This document shows positions 12,468-24,280 of a stretch of DNA of 64,000 nucleotides, one piece after another. A model generated the notes under the pieces. It searched no databases, was not told the DNA's origin, and was given only the letters and a program-made list of their open reading frames with translations. Position 1 is the first letter of the stretch. Every line of letters starts with the position of its first letter. Source of the DNA: Oculina patagonica (lineage: Eukaryota); contig NC_135761.1 in the NCBI RefSeq assembly GCF_052425735.1, forward strand, positions 59,210,001 through 59,274,000, written 5' to 3'. The translations under genes were made by a program, and so were the position numbers.

Positions 12468-15400
12468 TTACTCCACAATGGCATAGTTAACCTCAGCGGT
12501 TGGTGTGATCGTAGACTCAGGGGTAGGCGTGCGTAAAATACCACCAGCTAAAAGAATTCGACCATTGTTTACAACGACGATTTCAGAACCACTTCCATTT
12601 TCACTGCTCTCTTTCCCTGAACCGCTGCCATTAGCGCCTTCACCACTCTGCTCGGAATCTCCACTCATCTGGTCTCCACTTTCTTCACCACTTTCCTGCT
12701 CTCCACTTTCTTCACCACTTTCCTGCTCTCCACTTTCTTCACCACTTTCTTGCTCTCCACTTTCTTCGCCGCTTTCCTCCTCTCCACCTCCTTCAATGCC
12801 TTGCAGCTTTCCACTTTCTTCACCGCTTTCCTCCGCTCCACTTCCTTCACCGCTTTCCTGCTCTCCACTTCCTTCACCGTTTTCTTTCTCTCCACTTTCT
12901 TCACCGCTTTCCTGCTCTCCACTTTCTTCACCACTTTCTTCGCCGCTTTCCTCCTCTCCACCTCCTTCATTGCCTTGCAGCTCTCCACTTTCTTCACCGC
13001 TTTCTTTCTCTCCACTTTCTTCACCGCTTTCCTCCTCCCCACTTCCTTCTCCGCCTTGCAGCTCTTCTCTCTCTTCACCGCCTTCCTCCTCGCCACTTTC
13101 GTCGCCGCTTTCCTGTTCTCCACTTTCTTCACCGCTTTCCTCCTCCCCACTTCCTTCACCGCTTTCCTGTTCTCCACTTCCTTCACCGCTTTCCTCTTCA
13201 CCACTTTCTTCACCGCTTTCCTGTTCTCCACTTCCTTCACCGCTTTCCTCCTCCCCACTTCCTTCACCGCTTTCCTGTTCTCCACTTCCTTCACCGCTTT
13301 CCTCCTCCCCACTTCCTTCACCGCCTTGCAGCTCTTCACTTTCTTCACCGCTTTCCTCTTCACCACTTTCTTCACCGCTTTCCTGTTCTCCACTTTCTTC
13401 ACCGCTTTCCTGTTCTCCACTTTCTTCACCGCTTTCCTGTTCTCCACTTTCTTCACCGCTTTCCTGTTCTCCACTTTCTTCACCGCTTTCCTGTTCTCCA
13501 CTTTCTTCACCGCTTTCCTGTTCCCCACTTTCTTCACCGCTTTCCTGTTCTCCACTTTCTTCTCCGCTTTCCTGTTCTCCACTTTCTTCACCGCTTTCCT
13601 GTTCCCCACTTTCTTCACCGCTTTCCTCTTCCCCACTTTCTTCACCGCTTTCCTCTTCCCCACTTTCTTCACCGCTTTCCTGTTCCCCACTTTCTTCACC
13701 GCTTTCCTGTTCTCCACTTTCTTCACCGCTTTCCTGTTCTCCACTTTCTTCACCGCTTTCCTTTTCTCCACTTTCTTCACTACTTTCTTGCTCTCCACTT
13801 TTTTCACCGCCTTCCACCTCCCCACTTGTTTCACCGCTTTCCTGCTCTCCACTTTCTTCACCGCTTTCCTCCTCTCCACTTTCTTCACCGCCTTCCTCTT
13901 CCCCACTTTCCTCACCGCTTTCCTGTTCTCCACTTTCTTCACTACTTTCTTGTTTTTCACTTTCTTCACCGCCATCCAGCTCTCCACTCTCTTCACCGCT
14001 TTCCTGTTCCCCACTTTCTTCACCGCTTTCCTGTTCTCCACTTTCTTCACCGCTTTCCTTTTCTCCACTTTCTTCACTACTTTCTTGCTCTCCACTTTTT
14101 TCACCGCCTTCCACCTCCCCACTTGTTTCACCGCTTTCCTGCTCTCCACTTTCTTCACCGCTTTCCTCCTCTCCACTTTCTTCACCGCCTTCCTCTTCCC
14201 CACTTTCCTCACCGCTTTCCTGTTCTCCACTTTCTTCACTACTTTCTTGTTTTTCACTTTCTTCACCGCCATCCAGCTCTCCACTCTCTTCACCGCTTTG
14301 TTGTTCTCCACTTTCTTCTCCGCTTTCCTGCTCTCCACTTCCATCGCCACTAGCGTTTTGTCCGCTTCCTTCGCCGCTTAGCTGTTCTCCACTTTCGTCG
14401 CCGCTCTCCTCTCCACTTCCTTTGCCACTTTCTCCACTCTGATGAATTGCACTTCCACCACTCTCCTCTACACCTGAACTTTCAATTTCGTTGTCGTAAT
14501 ATTTGACAGCAGAGTTTAACTCTTGTTCAATATCTCGAATCAGTCGATCTATATCATCCGAAAAACTGTCACTTGAGTAGTCGTTCCACCTTGCAGGGAA
14601 TGCTCCTGGAATAAATTTGATACAGAAAATGTAAAATAAGTTAACTGTCAGTTATCAACTACAAACCTTTGAAATCCTTCTCTCTAAAGCCAAACGTTAA
14701 GACAGTCACTGAAAAGCTAAGCTTTGTACGCCGCATATGCATATACAATTTATTAATTTTAATCCTCCAAGTTTACCTGTAGGCAATGTGTCTTCCATTG
14801 CATTTTTTACAACGTTTTGTTTTTAATCTTTTTAAAAATTCGCTTCGAACTCTTACAAAGTGCGGGGCGGGGAAAGCCGAAAGTGGCGTTGGATTTTTGC
14901 GTTTGACAGCTGTGAAAGAGGGAAATGAGAAAAGATGCGGCGAGCTAAGGAAAAATACGGGTAAGGGCTGGGTTATTAAAACTGTGAGTTAATTATCGCC
15001 TGGTTAGTACTTAGTCTGTTCATAGTCCCTCTATTTTCTCTAAAGTTTGTCGACAGCGATCGCATAAGCAAAATATAAACTGCGGGATGACAGGCAAGTC
15101 ACTTCACATGTTGCATTTGAATCCACCGTTTAAGTTTCCTTTCCGTCTTAAACCTAAGTTGGTGTTGACCGATGCCTTTGACTTGGCGTAAAGGTTGTAA
15201 AGGCCGTCTTTGCCAAACCTTTGAGATAAATTTGACTGTGAAAGAGTCCTTCTTTTTTAAAGGCGTGACAAAGTTACAGTGAAATGTAAATTTGACTAGT
15301 TTCAAAAGTACTTTTGCCTCGCGTCAAATCTTTACAAAATTTCTGTCAAAGGTATTATCAATGGACTTGCTTGCCTTTGACACTTGTGTCAAAGGTAGTC

Positions 15401-15727
15401 ATCCACCTTTGTCTCACCTTTGATACGAATCAAAAGTGAGCAAAGCCAACTTCTCGTGCCGTGATATAGCTAAATTTTACGCGCTCTTTCTAGCTATGAT
15501 ATGATGGGGCCCATCTACTAGCTATGTGTGGATCTCATATGAAAACAGTTTCCTTATTGTCAATAAAAGCCTGAAAAATCATTTTATCAGCGTCAGCCCT
15601 ATAATGTTCTCTCTTGTACTTGAGAATAAACTTTATGTGTAAAAAATACAAACATAACTAATGAACTTTACTGACCTGTAAGAGGAATACACCATGTGAA
15701 AAATAACATGCCGATAAATAGCACAGG
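12468..15727 (-). CDS. Putative secreted acidic Ser-Gly-Glu repeat protein (proteoglycan core or biomineral-matrix-like); first exon not located
   Basis: Large open exon 14605-12468 (~712 codons) follows a TTCCAG acceptor and reads [12 protein letters not shown]... then (QESGEESGE)n. Small upstream exon ~15727-15676 ([17 protein letters not shown]) is signal-peptide-like and has a compatible phase-1 donor. The 3' end may be spliced further. Confidence 0.75.
12600..14440. repeat. 27-bp coding tandem repeat with a 297-bp higher-order duplication
   Basis: Unit TTCACCGCTTTCCTGTTCTCCACTTTC. Diagnostic variant CTTTTCTCCA recurs at 13761 and 14058 (297 = 11 x 27). Confidence 0.95.
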
Positions 15728-16332
15728 CTGAAAAAGAGAACGGAAAGAACATTGCAGAATTACAATTACAAACCTTTGCTCTGAGGGGGTGGTAATGTTT
15801 AGAATGCATATACTAGCTGACTAAAAGCTGTCTAAGTTAAATTGACCAATACTGACTAGACCAAAAATACAGTGGTGACATTCTGAATGCACTTCTGGTG
15901 CTAAATGCTTTGATCACAACATATAGCTCCAGTGGACATTTTTTCTTTGTTTTTCCTGTTAAACTTATATAACAAAATGACTATAGTGAGGCAATTTTAA
16001 TTTACTTAGCCAAAAATGCTTTAGGTGCACTAATTACCCACTTAAAACGACTCGCTTTGATTTTGTATGTTTGCTATAATCCTATAATACATTTTATTAA
16101 TGAGCATTCTCAAATTAAAGTTGCCTAGTTTCTTTTGTGAATATCTGATCGCCCTGTCCATTCAGTTACACAATTCCTAAAGTTCATTCTTCAATCTCCT
16201 TTTTTTGTTCCGAACTCAGACATTAGTTTTGGATAAAAAATTCAATGGTCGAGTGAAACTGTACTATTACTTAATTGAATTAAATTAAATTAAATTAAAC
16301 TAAATTAAAGCTTAAGTTAATAAGAAATGGCT

Positions 16333-16425
16333 TAGCTCGCAGCGAGTCTTCCTGAAGCTTAATGGTTAGAGCACCCGACTGGTGCGCGGATTGTCATGAT
16401 TCGACTTCCGTCGGGGACTCAGAAT
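16333..16425 (+). mobile_element. Degenerate tRNA-derived SINE head
   Basis: A-box-like AGCTTAATGGTTAGAGC and B-box-like GATTCGACTTCC, followed by GTCGGGGACTCAGA; no intact cloverleaf. Confidence 0.55.
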
Positions 16426-16430
16426 CCACC

Positions 16431-16663
16431 GTACTGAAAAAGATGGCGACTGGTACATTTACCGACAATCCCTAGCGTGCAAAAGCGCAAAAATACGCTC
16501 ATTAAAACGGACGGAAACCTCTAAAAACTTCAAACCTTGTATGAACAATGTTGTTAGTACAAGGACAAATTTCGCAGAAAGGTGTTTGTCCTTGTGCGCT
16601 ATTGGCTGTGTTACGTTCGAAAACTGCTATGGTAAAATGTACAGCCGCCATCTTTTTCCGTAC
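16431..16663. mobile_element. MITE
   Basis: Imperfect ~30-bp TIR GTACTGAAAAAGATGGCGACTGGTACATTTACC / GGTAAAATGTACAGCCGCCATCTTTTTCCGTAC. Confidence 0.65.
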
Positions 16664-17920
16664 TTTCTCACTCAAAGTTAGTTACTTCTTGGCAAGGAAT
16701 TAAGCTCAAAATTTAAGATCCACGGTGGTAGAGAATTGTAAAAGTCCTCCCGTGTTTCGAACTATACAGTTAATTTTAACTTTTTATGCGTTCTTTCCAA
16801 AACGATTTCGTTACCATGGAGTTTGGTAAATTTCGACGGCCATAACGCAGATTTGTAAATCTAAAAGTGGTAAAATCCCTTTCTTACAGGGAAAAAGCCT
16901 CATTGTTTCTGGTATTGCTCAATTTATAATAAAAAGGGATAGATTAAAAAAATGCTCAGCATGAATACTTCTAAATGTTTTTTCAAATTGAAAGAAGGGA
17001 AAGCGAAATCTTATTTCATTAGAAAAAATCCATTGAAAATTATTGAATTGAAAGTGAATATTTATTCCAGTAAAGTTGTACAGTAAAACGAGATACAAAT
17101 CAGCGTACAAATCTGCTAAGATTCTTCTAACCGATTGCCTTTAAACAGCACGCTTAAAAAGTTATTTGAGGGCATTTAAAGTAGGCGACAATATACGTAA
17201 GCTTAAAGATCTGCGCTACCTTCCACGAATACGGACTTCAAGATCCATTTGAACATTGTTACGTTGAAAATCTTAGCTATTTACACGAAAACACAGGAAG
17301 CCGATCAAATAAATATCCCCATTATTAAAGGCTTTTGATGTCGACGTTAACGGCGATATTATTTTTAGAGTTCACGTATGCCTTTGTTTTGAATAACAGT
17401 TGAGGATATTACAGAGTTAATTTATAACCATTCTGAGGGTCGATCGAAAAGAGAACAATCTGAAATCAAAATTTCTAGTTGTTTTAAATCGTTTGTCTTA
17501 CCGAAACACTCAGGATGGTCTTCATATCCACTTCGGAGCCTTGCTGATTGGAAATAAAATTTAAGCTCTCGCAGGAGCTTGTTAACAATATCAGCAACGA
17601 TGATTTCAGATCTTAATTTATAGACCGAGATTTGAAGCAATCTGTCATTCTCACCCGTCACATGAGTAAATACTTCTCTGAAGAGGTCAGTTTCAATTTT
17701 TTGCTGACGTAAATAAACCCATAACTGAATATTTCTGAGGGACAGTGCTGGGTTATGGTCTCGTGTACTTACGCAGACGAGGTTACTCAGCTGCTGATCA
17801 TTTTCATCAGTCTCTGTCCCAGACCATCCTCTCTTTATGCTTAGGGAGCGTTGTATTACGCAATTTAATATTACAATAGAGTTGATGTTCGCGGGCGTAA
17901 ATAGTTTTTGGCCCGACTCA

Positions 17921-18465
17921 GGGCCTGTTTATATGGAGGAGAGTTGTCCCTGGTAGGAGGGTTACCCTCCATACCGAGCCACCCCGGGCGAGAGAGCTTT
18001 TCATACGTTTCTTTAAAAGTAGCTGCGAACTGTTTATATGAGAAATTGCAAAGTTGGCTCGGGGGGTAGGGTGACCCTGGGTGGAGGGTCACTCGCTTTG
18101 AAGGTAGGCTGACCCTGGGGAGCGAGCCAACTTTTTTCCATATAAACAGTTTGGTTATTTTTGCCTCGCCTACCAGGGACAAGTTGACAAATACGGAGTA
18201 TGTGCAAATGCAGCAATCGTCCAAAACAACATCGAAGTCGGCGGTAAATTGTCCAAAAATAGTCTACGTAGATGTTTCAGCGTTCCTGATTTTAGAAAAG
18301 GCCGCGAAAATAGATATTTCAAAATAACTCTCGCCAGTCTTTTGAACCGACAGGGCCAAGTTTTGGCTCGGTCAACAGGGACAACTTTCTCATATAAACG
18401 CTCGGCAAAAGATAGCGCGGGTAACTCTCCTACCAGGGACAACTCTACTCCATATAAACAGGCCC
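17921..18465. mobile_element. PIF/Harbinger-type MITE
   Basis: Long TIR GGGCCTGTTTATATGGAG..GAGTTGTCCCTGGTAGG / CCTACCAGGGACAACTC..CTCCATATAAACAGGCCC, flanked by TCA and TTA. Confidence 0.8.
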
Positions 18466-18659
18466 TTAGGCTCATTTTCGCTCGAGCCGCATTGTTATTA
18501 TTATTCTAGAGTTTCTGTCACAAAAAAATACTTAATACATAACGAAATAGTTCCTTTGTAAGCAAAACTTTTGAACCTCGCTGTTTTACCCGGCACATGT
18601 CGCTTTAACGGACAATAATGTTAATCCATTTCATCCATTTTCTTTACAATTAATCCGCT

Positions 18660-18752
18660 TAATATAAACGCATTGTACACGGGCACTTTTAATATAAAAG
18701 CATTGTACACGGGCACTTTTAATATAAAAGCATTGTAAACGTGCACTTTTAA
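18660..18752. repeat. 30-bp tandem repeat, 3 copies
   Basis: AATATAAAAGCATTGTACACGGGCACTTTT repeated three times with few mismatches. Confidence 0.9.
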
Positions 18753-19160
18753 TGGCCCCTAATTTGAAGGTCATTAACCGTCTTGACGGTACTACTTTTC
18801 AACTGTAATCCAAGAAGTGAATAGAGCCATTTTTCTACACCAATCCAACATTGCAACTGCACGAAAGCAATTCGCCTCTAAAGAACGTTTGTTTCATTTT
18901 TAATCGTGGGAACCGTGAAATAATGCAGGTCAGCTCCCAAATTTGCATATACTAAAAGGACACCTTAAAATTCAATACATTTGAAAGCTTAGATATCGAT
19001 CAATACAGTACAAGTCGATAACTCAATGGTTAAAAAAATGCAGGCCTCGTTTTGCCAGTATACCAATTACCGTACGCTAAACTAGAATTTTTTCTATAAA
19101 TTGACATTACCTTTACCAATCAAAATATTTGCATCTATATAATAATAATATACATGTGAA

Positions 19161-19740
19161 TTAACAAATGGTAAACGTCATAGCGTGCACTATTGAGTTA
19201 CAGATGCACGCGGGAGGTTGCTAAGCACGAAAGATGCGTAAGAGTCGCCCGAGGCGATAGCCGAGGGCGACTCTAGCTTCTTGAGTGCTTAGCAAACCTC
19301 CCAAGTGCATCTGTAACTCAATAGTGCACGCTATGACGTTTACCATTTGTTTTATAGCACAACTTTTAGGATATTTATTAAAGTTTCTTTGTGTAAAAGT
19401 GCGCGCGCTTATTTGAAAAATTGCGTGTAGTGCTCGCGTAAACGCTGACGAAAACCTAAAAGAAAAAAACAAACAAAACAAAGTTTTGAATTATTTCAAA
19501 CTTGCATTATACCTCAAAGTCTTTCAGCATTATGGAGAAATGGTTTTTCTTATGTTTAGCTTTTTAAATTCACAGGAAAATCGAGAAAACTCGTAAAGTA
19601 GTGGCACTTTCTTATGTCATGTCGCAACAGATCAGCGCGCGCGCACAGGTTGAAGCATACGTCAGCGTGCACCCATGGGCAAATAGTAGACGCTAAATTA
19701 ACCAATCAGAACGCGCGCTTTACTTTAGTTGTGCTATAAT
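19161..19740. mobile_element. Hairpin-ended non-autonomous element (terminal palindrome plus asymmetric inverted repeat)
   Basis: ~190-bp palindrome 19162-19351. ATAGCACAACT (19354) / AGTTGTGCTAT (19727). Absent from the paralogous segment, which reads GTGAAT|ACTGG at ~56765. Confidence 0.85.
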
Positions 19741-19957
19741 ACTGGTTAAACTTCAACAAAACAATTCTCCAAAGCAACATCATATGATCTAAGATGCGGT
19801 AGCCAAAAACTAAACTAATCGATTCTGTAGCAGGTGCCCATTTGTCAAATCCGTTTCACTCCATAAACATACTTTATGGAATTAACTAGCTAATGCAATT
19901 AAAATCCTTGTGAAGCGACGTTGTAAAATTGCTTTCATGGCTTAAAACCATTAAAAA

Positions 19958-20848
19958 TCAGCTGTTGCAGAAAATATACTTCACTGTATTGGTGTACTCC
20001 CCGTTAAATAAAAACCACATCATGTAAAATCCATCAGAAGCAAACGCAAAAGAAATACCAAATCGTTGCCAGAAATATCCTGCCTTGTTAGCCAAACAAA
20101 CATCGCATACAGTACTTATACATCTGACAATGTACCACGGTAAAATTGATATCACCATTGGCAAATAAAACATGGCGAACTTTTGTAAATATTTTCGAGC
20201 GCCTAATGCATTTCTGGCTCTCTCAAACTCGGCTTTTTGTCGCTGTTGTGGGAGTTGGTTGGATTCATCTGGTGCCACTCGAGATGATCTGTTTTTAAGC
20301 TTTCGGTAGGTTAACCAACATACCACAATGAAAGCCAGCCACGAGCAAGAGCAAAATAGATGAATGTAAACGATGTAATAAGTCCGTTCGTCGATTCCGG
20401 TGAACGACAAACAGGAGCACAGCAAGCACAAAGAAACAATGGACAGAGAAACCAAGTAAGTGGCCCGTTTGGTAATTTTTACTCGGTGGAAATGAGGATG
20501 CGTGTAAGCGGCATATCTCTCAATGTTCATCAGTAAGAGCATTGCAAGCTTTGACGCGATCAAGAAATCCGTTAACAGCGACGTGAAGCTTGGAAAATCG
20601 AAAGTTTCTAGCTCGTTGTTTACGCCTCGAAGGATTTCAGTGACGCCGAAATATGGCAGAAGAACTGTCCCAGCCAACAAGTACAGCACAAGACTAACAT
20701 CCTCGATTCTGTGAATTGCTTTGCGAGTCACGTTCAAAGGATTCTTCACAACGGCAATAATAAGAATAATACTTCCAAAACAGGCCAAACAAGCAAAAAT
20801 AATCGATATTGTTCCGTTTGCTACCATAACCGCGGAATAAAACTCCAT
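19958..20848 (-). CDS. Intronless rhodopsin-type 7TM receptor (orphan GPCR), copy A1
   Basis: 296-aa ORF from MEFYS with about seven hydrophobic segments, NIERY after TM3 and ILPWY in TM6. An alternative upstream ATG lies at 20938. Confidence 0.85.
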   Translation of the reverse strand: MEFYSAVMVANGTISIIFACLACFGSIILIIAVVKNPLNVTRKAIHRIEDVSLVLYLLAGTVLLPYFGVTEILRGVNNELETFDFPSFTSLLTDFLIASKLAMLLLMNIERYAAYTHPHFHRVKITKRATYLVSLSIVSLCLLCSCLSFTGIDERTYYIVYIHLFCSCSWLAFIVVCWLTYRKLKNRSSRVAPDESNQLPQQRQKAEFERARNALGARKYLQKFAMFYLPMVISILPWYIVRCISTVCDVCLANKAGYFWQRFGISFAFASDGFYMMWFLFNGEYTNTVKYIFCNS

Positions 20849-22387
20849 GTCTAGAACTGGTGTAATAGTATTTTTCACTTTTTTTAGGGTTGTCAGGCAA
20901 GCGTTATCAGCAAAATCATACCATCTGCCAAAACACATGACAGATTCAAAAAGCAATTTAGTGTTATGAATATATTTCTATATCTCTATGCATAATTGGC
21001 AGAAATCGTCAAAATGTTTCCTGCTGAGACTGTGTAATCAACTCAACGGACAATTATATACCAGATGAAATTTCGCCTCCTTTATTAGAAACCTTCAATT
21101 TGTAAGTGCTATAAAGGGCTTAGTTAACCTTGCAATATCATATCAGGCAGACAAGTGACAAAATTCAATACAAAATGTCTACGAGATATTGTCATTTATC
21201 AGTTAAAACAAATGCACATCATGATCAATCGCTAAAAAAATAAAATGTTTCGTGGCTTGGGGTACTAAGATGGATAGAATATTAAAAATGAAAACGACTC
21301 GATAAATTAATGAGTGGCTACACCTGTCAAAATGACAATTTAACAAGAAGACTACCGCAAAAATTAACTAGATATTTAATCGTGATCCATTCAGTAGCCC
21401 AATGTTTACCAGAATTGAAAGATTTGTGGAATAGACCTTTTCGCTTGGGAATCCGATTTAAATATTTTGCTTTTGAAAGCACCATCTATTTACGAATGGA
21501 GCAATAAATACAATTTAATTCTTCTGATATCCTCTTAGCGTAAAACCAAGCGGTTTTGTCGAATGCTAATGAGTCTGAGTTGTGATTTTAAACCATTTAA
21601 ATTGGTTATGAGCAGCTGTTGACGTCTGTTTACGTTCAAGAACAAGCAAAGCCTTCATCGATTGGCTAGCATGTTATAGGTTACAAAATAATTTTGCATT
21701 CTGATAATAAATGTTACAAAAGTGGTAACGAATGCGAGGAGTAATGACTCCTGCAAATGTAAAACATAGCAAATAGACAGCTTCATTGTTCATATCATAC
21801 GGTGGAAAAGCTGAAGCCCGTCATTTTTTCATTTTTTTCGACCTTCTTACATATTACGTTCACTTATTTTTTTTATCTACTGATCTTCACTGCACATAAC
21901 TGAAATCTGAATTTTTTAAAAATGTGAAGATCCATTGCATTTGATTCCGAACGTGAAAGTATTTAGCCACTAAATTTAGATTAGTACAACTAAACTTATC
22001 GCGTTGGTTTCCTCACTCAGTACATTTCTGTTGTAGGCGCCGTCAATAGTCCCAAAAATGCCGGATTCACAGTGATCATAAAAGCGTAAAACATTTTTCA
22101 ATAGTTAATTTAATGATCCCATTTCTTTTCACTGTAATGAGATATTTTACTAGAAATAGTTAACACTAGGTTGCCCCCGCTGTTAATCAGTTTTTCTTTT
22201 CTGTACATGCTTTTCTACAGCCAATTCTTTCGCTTGATATCTTGGCTCTTCTGTCTATTCAATCATAGTTAGTAGAGGGGGACTAACTATGATTCAATTA
22301 ATTGGAAAATAATTTTCTGTTTTTCCTTGACGGCTTGTGTTTTCTAATGGTTTCTGGCCTTCTCTTCATCACTGTGATGATGGAAAC

Positions 22388-22909
22388 AGGGTGATTTGGG
22401 CAAAAATAAGCGCGTGACGCGTGAAAACAGATCGAATCTGGCCGTGATCCGTGAATTTCCGACCGTGGTCTAATGTGACGCGTGATCTCCTTATTTTGAG
22501 GACCGTGATTCGTGATTCAAGCTGAATACGTTCGCGAACTGAAAACCGAAGATAAATTAAGTAATCAAAAATCAATTTAAGGTATCGAAGCAACTGAATT
22601 AATAAGACTCTGATAAACGATACAATCTTAAAGCCAAAGACTGACATTGTATAAGGACGCGTACTTTGGCTCAATTTGTGCATTTTAGGTCTCGTCTTAC
22701 ATTGTGGACTCGCATGAGAGATCAGTTTTGCTATTGCTTGGCTATTGAAAGGTAAATGCAACACGAATTAACTAATCAGTTAAAGCTCATTTATTATAAT
22801 GATGAATACCCAAAAACGTAATTCGAGAAATGGTCAAAAAACATACGTGATTCGTGATTTATAAAAAATAGGCTCGTAATTCGCGATTGAGACCCCCCTT
22901 TACCACCCT
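22388..22909. mobile_element. hAT-like MITE
   Basis: CAGGGTG...CACCCTG termini with many subterminal CGTGA motifs. Confidence 0.55.
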
Positions 22910-23765
22910 GTGGAAAGAGGACATACTCGAACATACGTTTCAGTAAAGTCAAGTGAATAAACAAAACAAAGCGAAATTATGCAAAAACTCGGAAAGATTA
23001 ATGATAACGTAAATTTAATTTCAAGAACGGGACTGCAGCATCTTGACATCATTTCGCCATCAGATTTGCTGTGGTGAGTGATCTCAGCTAGACTCAAGCT
23101 AGGCTCTAGACAAAGTTCTTCGTCTTAATTTGACACGCCGGGTGGTCCTTCAAAAAACGCGTGTCTCGCAAAATTTTAGCCAAATTTCAGAGGTCTCGCC
23201 GTCTCGAATTTTTCTTTAACGCCTTTTCGGAGTCTCGATTTCTTTTGCAAGGCTTAAAAGGTCTCGGGCTCGCAGAAAAGATATCAGTCTCGCCGTCTCG
23301 CGAAGTGTCGCATTTACCATTCGACACCCCTGAAGGTCGACCTCTCGCGACTTGCGTCGCTCGTTTTCGCGGCCGTCGCTCACTGGCCGGGCCACTTTGC
23401 GGACTCGAACTCGCTTCACTGTGGCAAGTCTAGATCTTAACGAGGATAAACTTAAGAAACAGCAAAACATTTTAGCATTTGAGCCCAACTGCTTTTTTTA
23501 TGTATTTGGGCTGAGAGCCCAAGCATGAAGAATGACATGAGAATTCTCACCTCTGTCAATATAAACGCCTGCCGCGAGTCTTAAATAATTATCTCGAGAT
23601 CTCTTTTGAATTCCTTTTCTTGATGCTGCATATCATCTAGTAAATCTCCTCCGGAAGCGGATGGAATCTTGGCCCGACGGCGATCAACTTACTGATAAAG
23701 ACTCTTCTGCGTTCAAGTAGTTTGTGCCTGGTAAATCGCGGTATTGCCGGACTAAGGCTTGCTTA

Positions 23766-24280
23766 CCGTAAATGATCTAATAAACGCCCTCTCTCAAATA
23801 AACGCCTCGTATCTAATAAACGCTCCCCTTGAGGTATAAAGTTTGTATTAGACGCCCCTCTCTAATAAACGCCCCGTGTCTAATAGACGCCCCCTCCAAG
23901 GATCGCCTCAAAAACCAAAGTAACGTTCCATAGAGTAAAATCACGCAATTAATTTAGTTTTTTGCTTGATTCGAACATCGAAGAGGCGAACGATACCAAC
24001 ATGGTTGACCCCGATGTCGATGAAAACATCGATATCGAACTATGAGCGGCATCTCCAAGCTTTGCATTAGCGCAGAATAGATTAGGCTCCTATTCACAAA
24101 CTCTGTTTTCTGTTTTACTCCGCGCCGGCAAACTTTGTGTCTTATTTGTTTTGTAGACGTTGTTTCAGTTAATGTGAAATAAACGCCTCTCTCTAATAAA
24201 CGCCTCATATCTATTTAACGCCCCCTGTAGGACACCTAAAATTTAATAGACGCCCCGGGCGTTTATTAGATCATTTACGG
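23766..24280. mobile_element. Tc1/mariner-type MITE
   Basis: TIR CCGTAAATGATCTAATAAACGCCC / GGGCGTTTATTAGATCATTTACGG, flanked by TA on both sides; subterminal TAATAAACGCC repeats. Confidence 0.85.

Noticed and set aside
12505-14442. Long Ser/Pro/Leu, Phe/Thr and Lys/Val ORFs in other frames
   Set aside because: By-products of a stop-free 27-bp repeat. Only the SGE frame extends into unique sequence with a splice acceptor.
17770-17810. First exon of the SGE gene (also candidates at ~17220 and ~14777)
   Set aside because: Donor-like sites exist, but there are in-frame stops, phase mismatch with the signal-peptide exon, or no hydrophobic leader. Cannot be resolved without RNA data.
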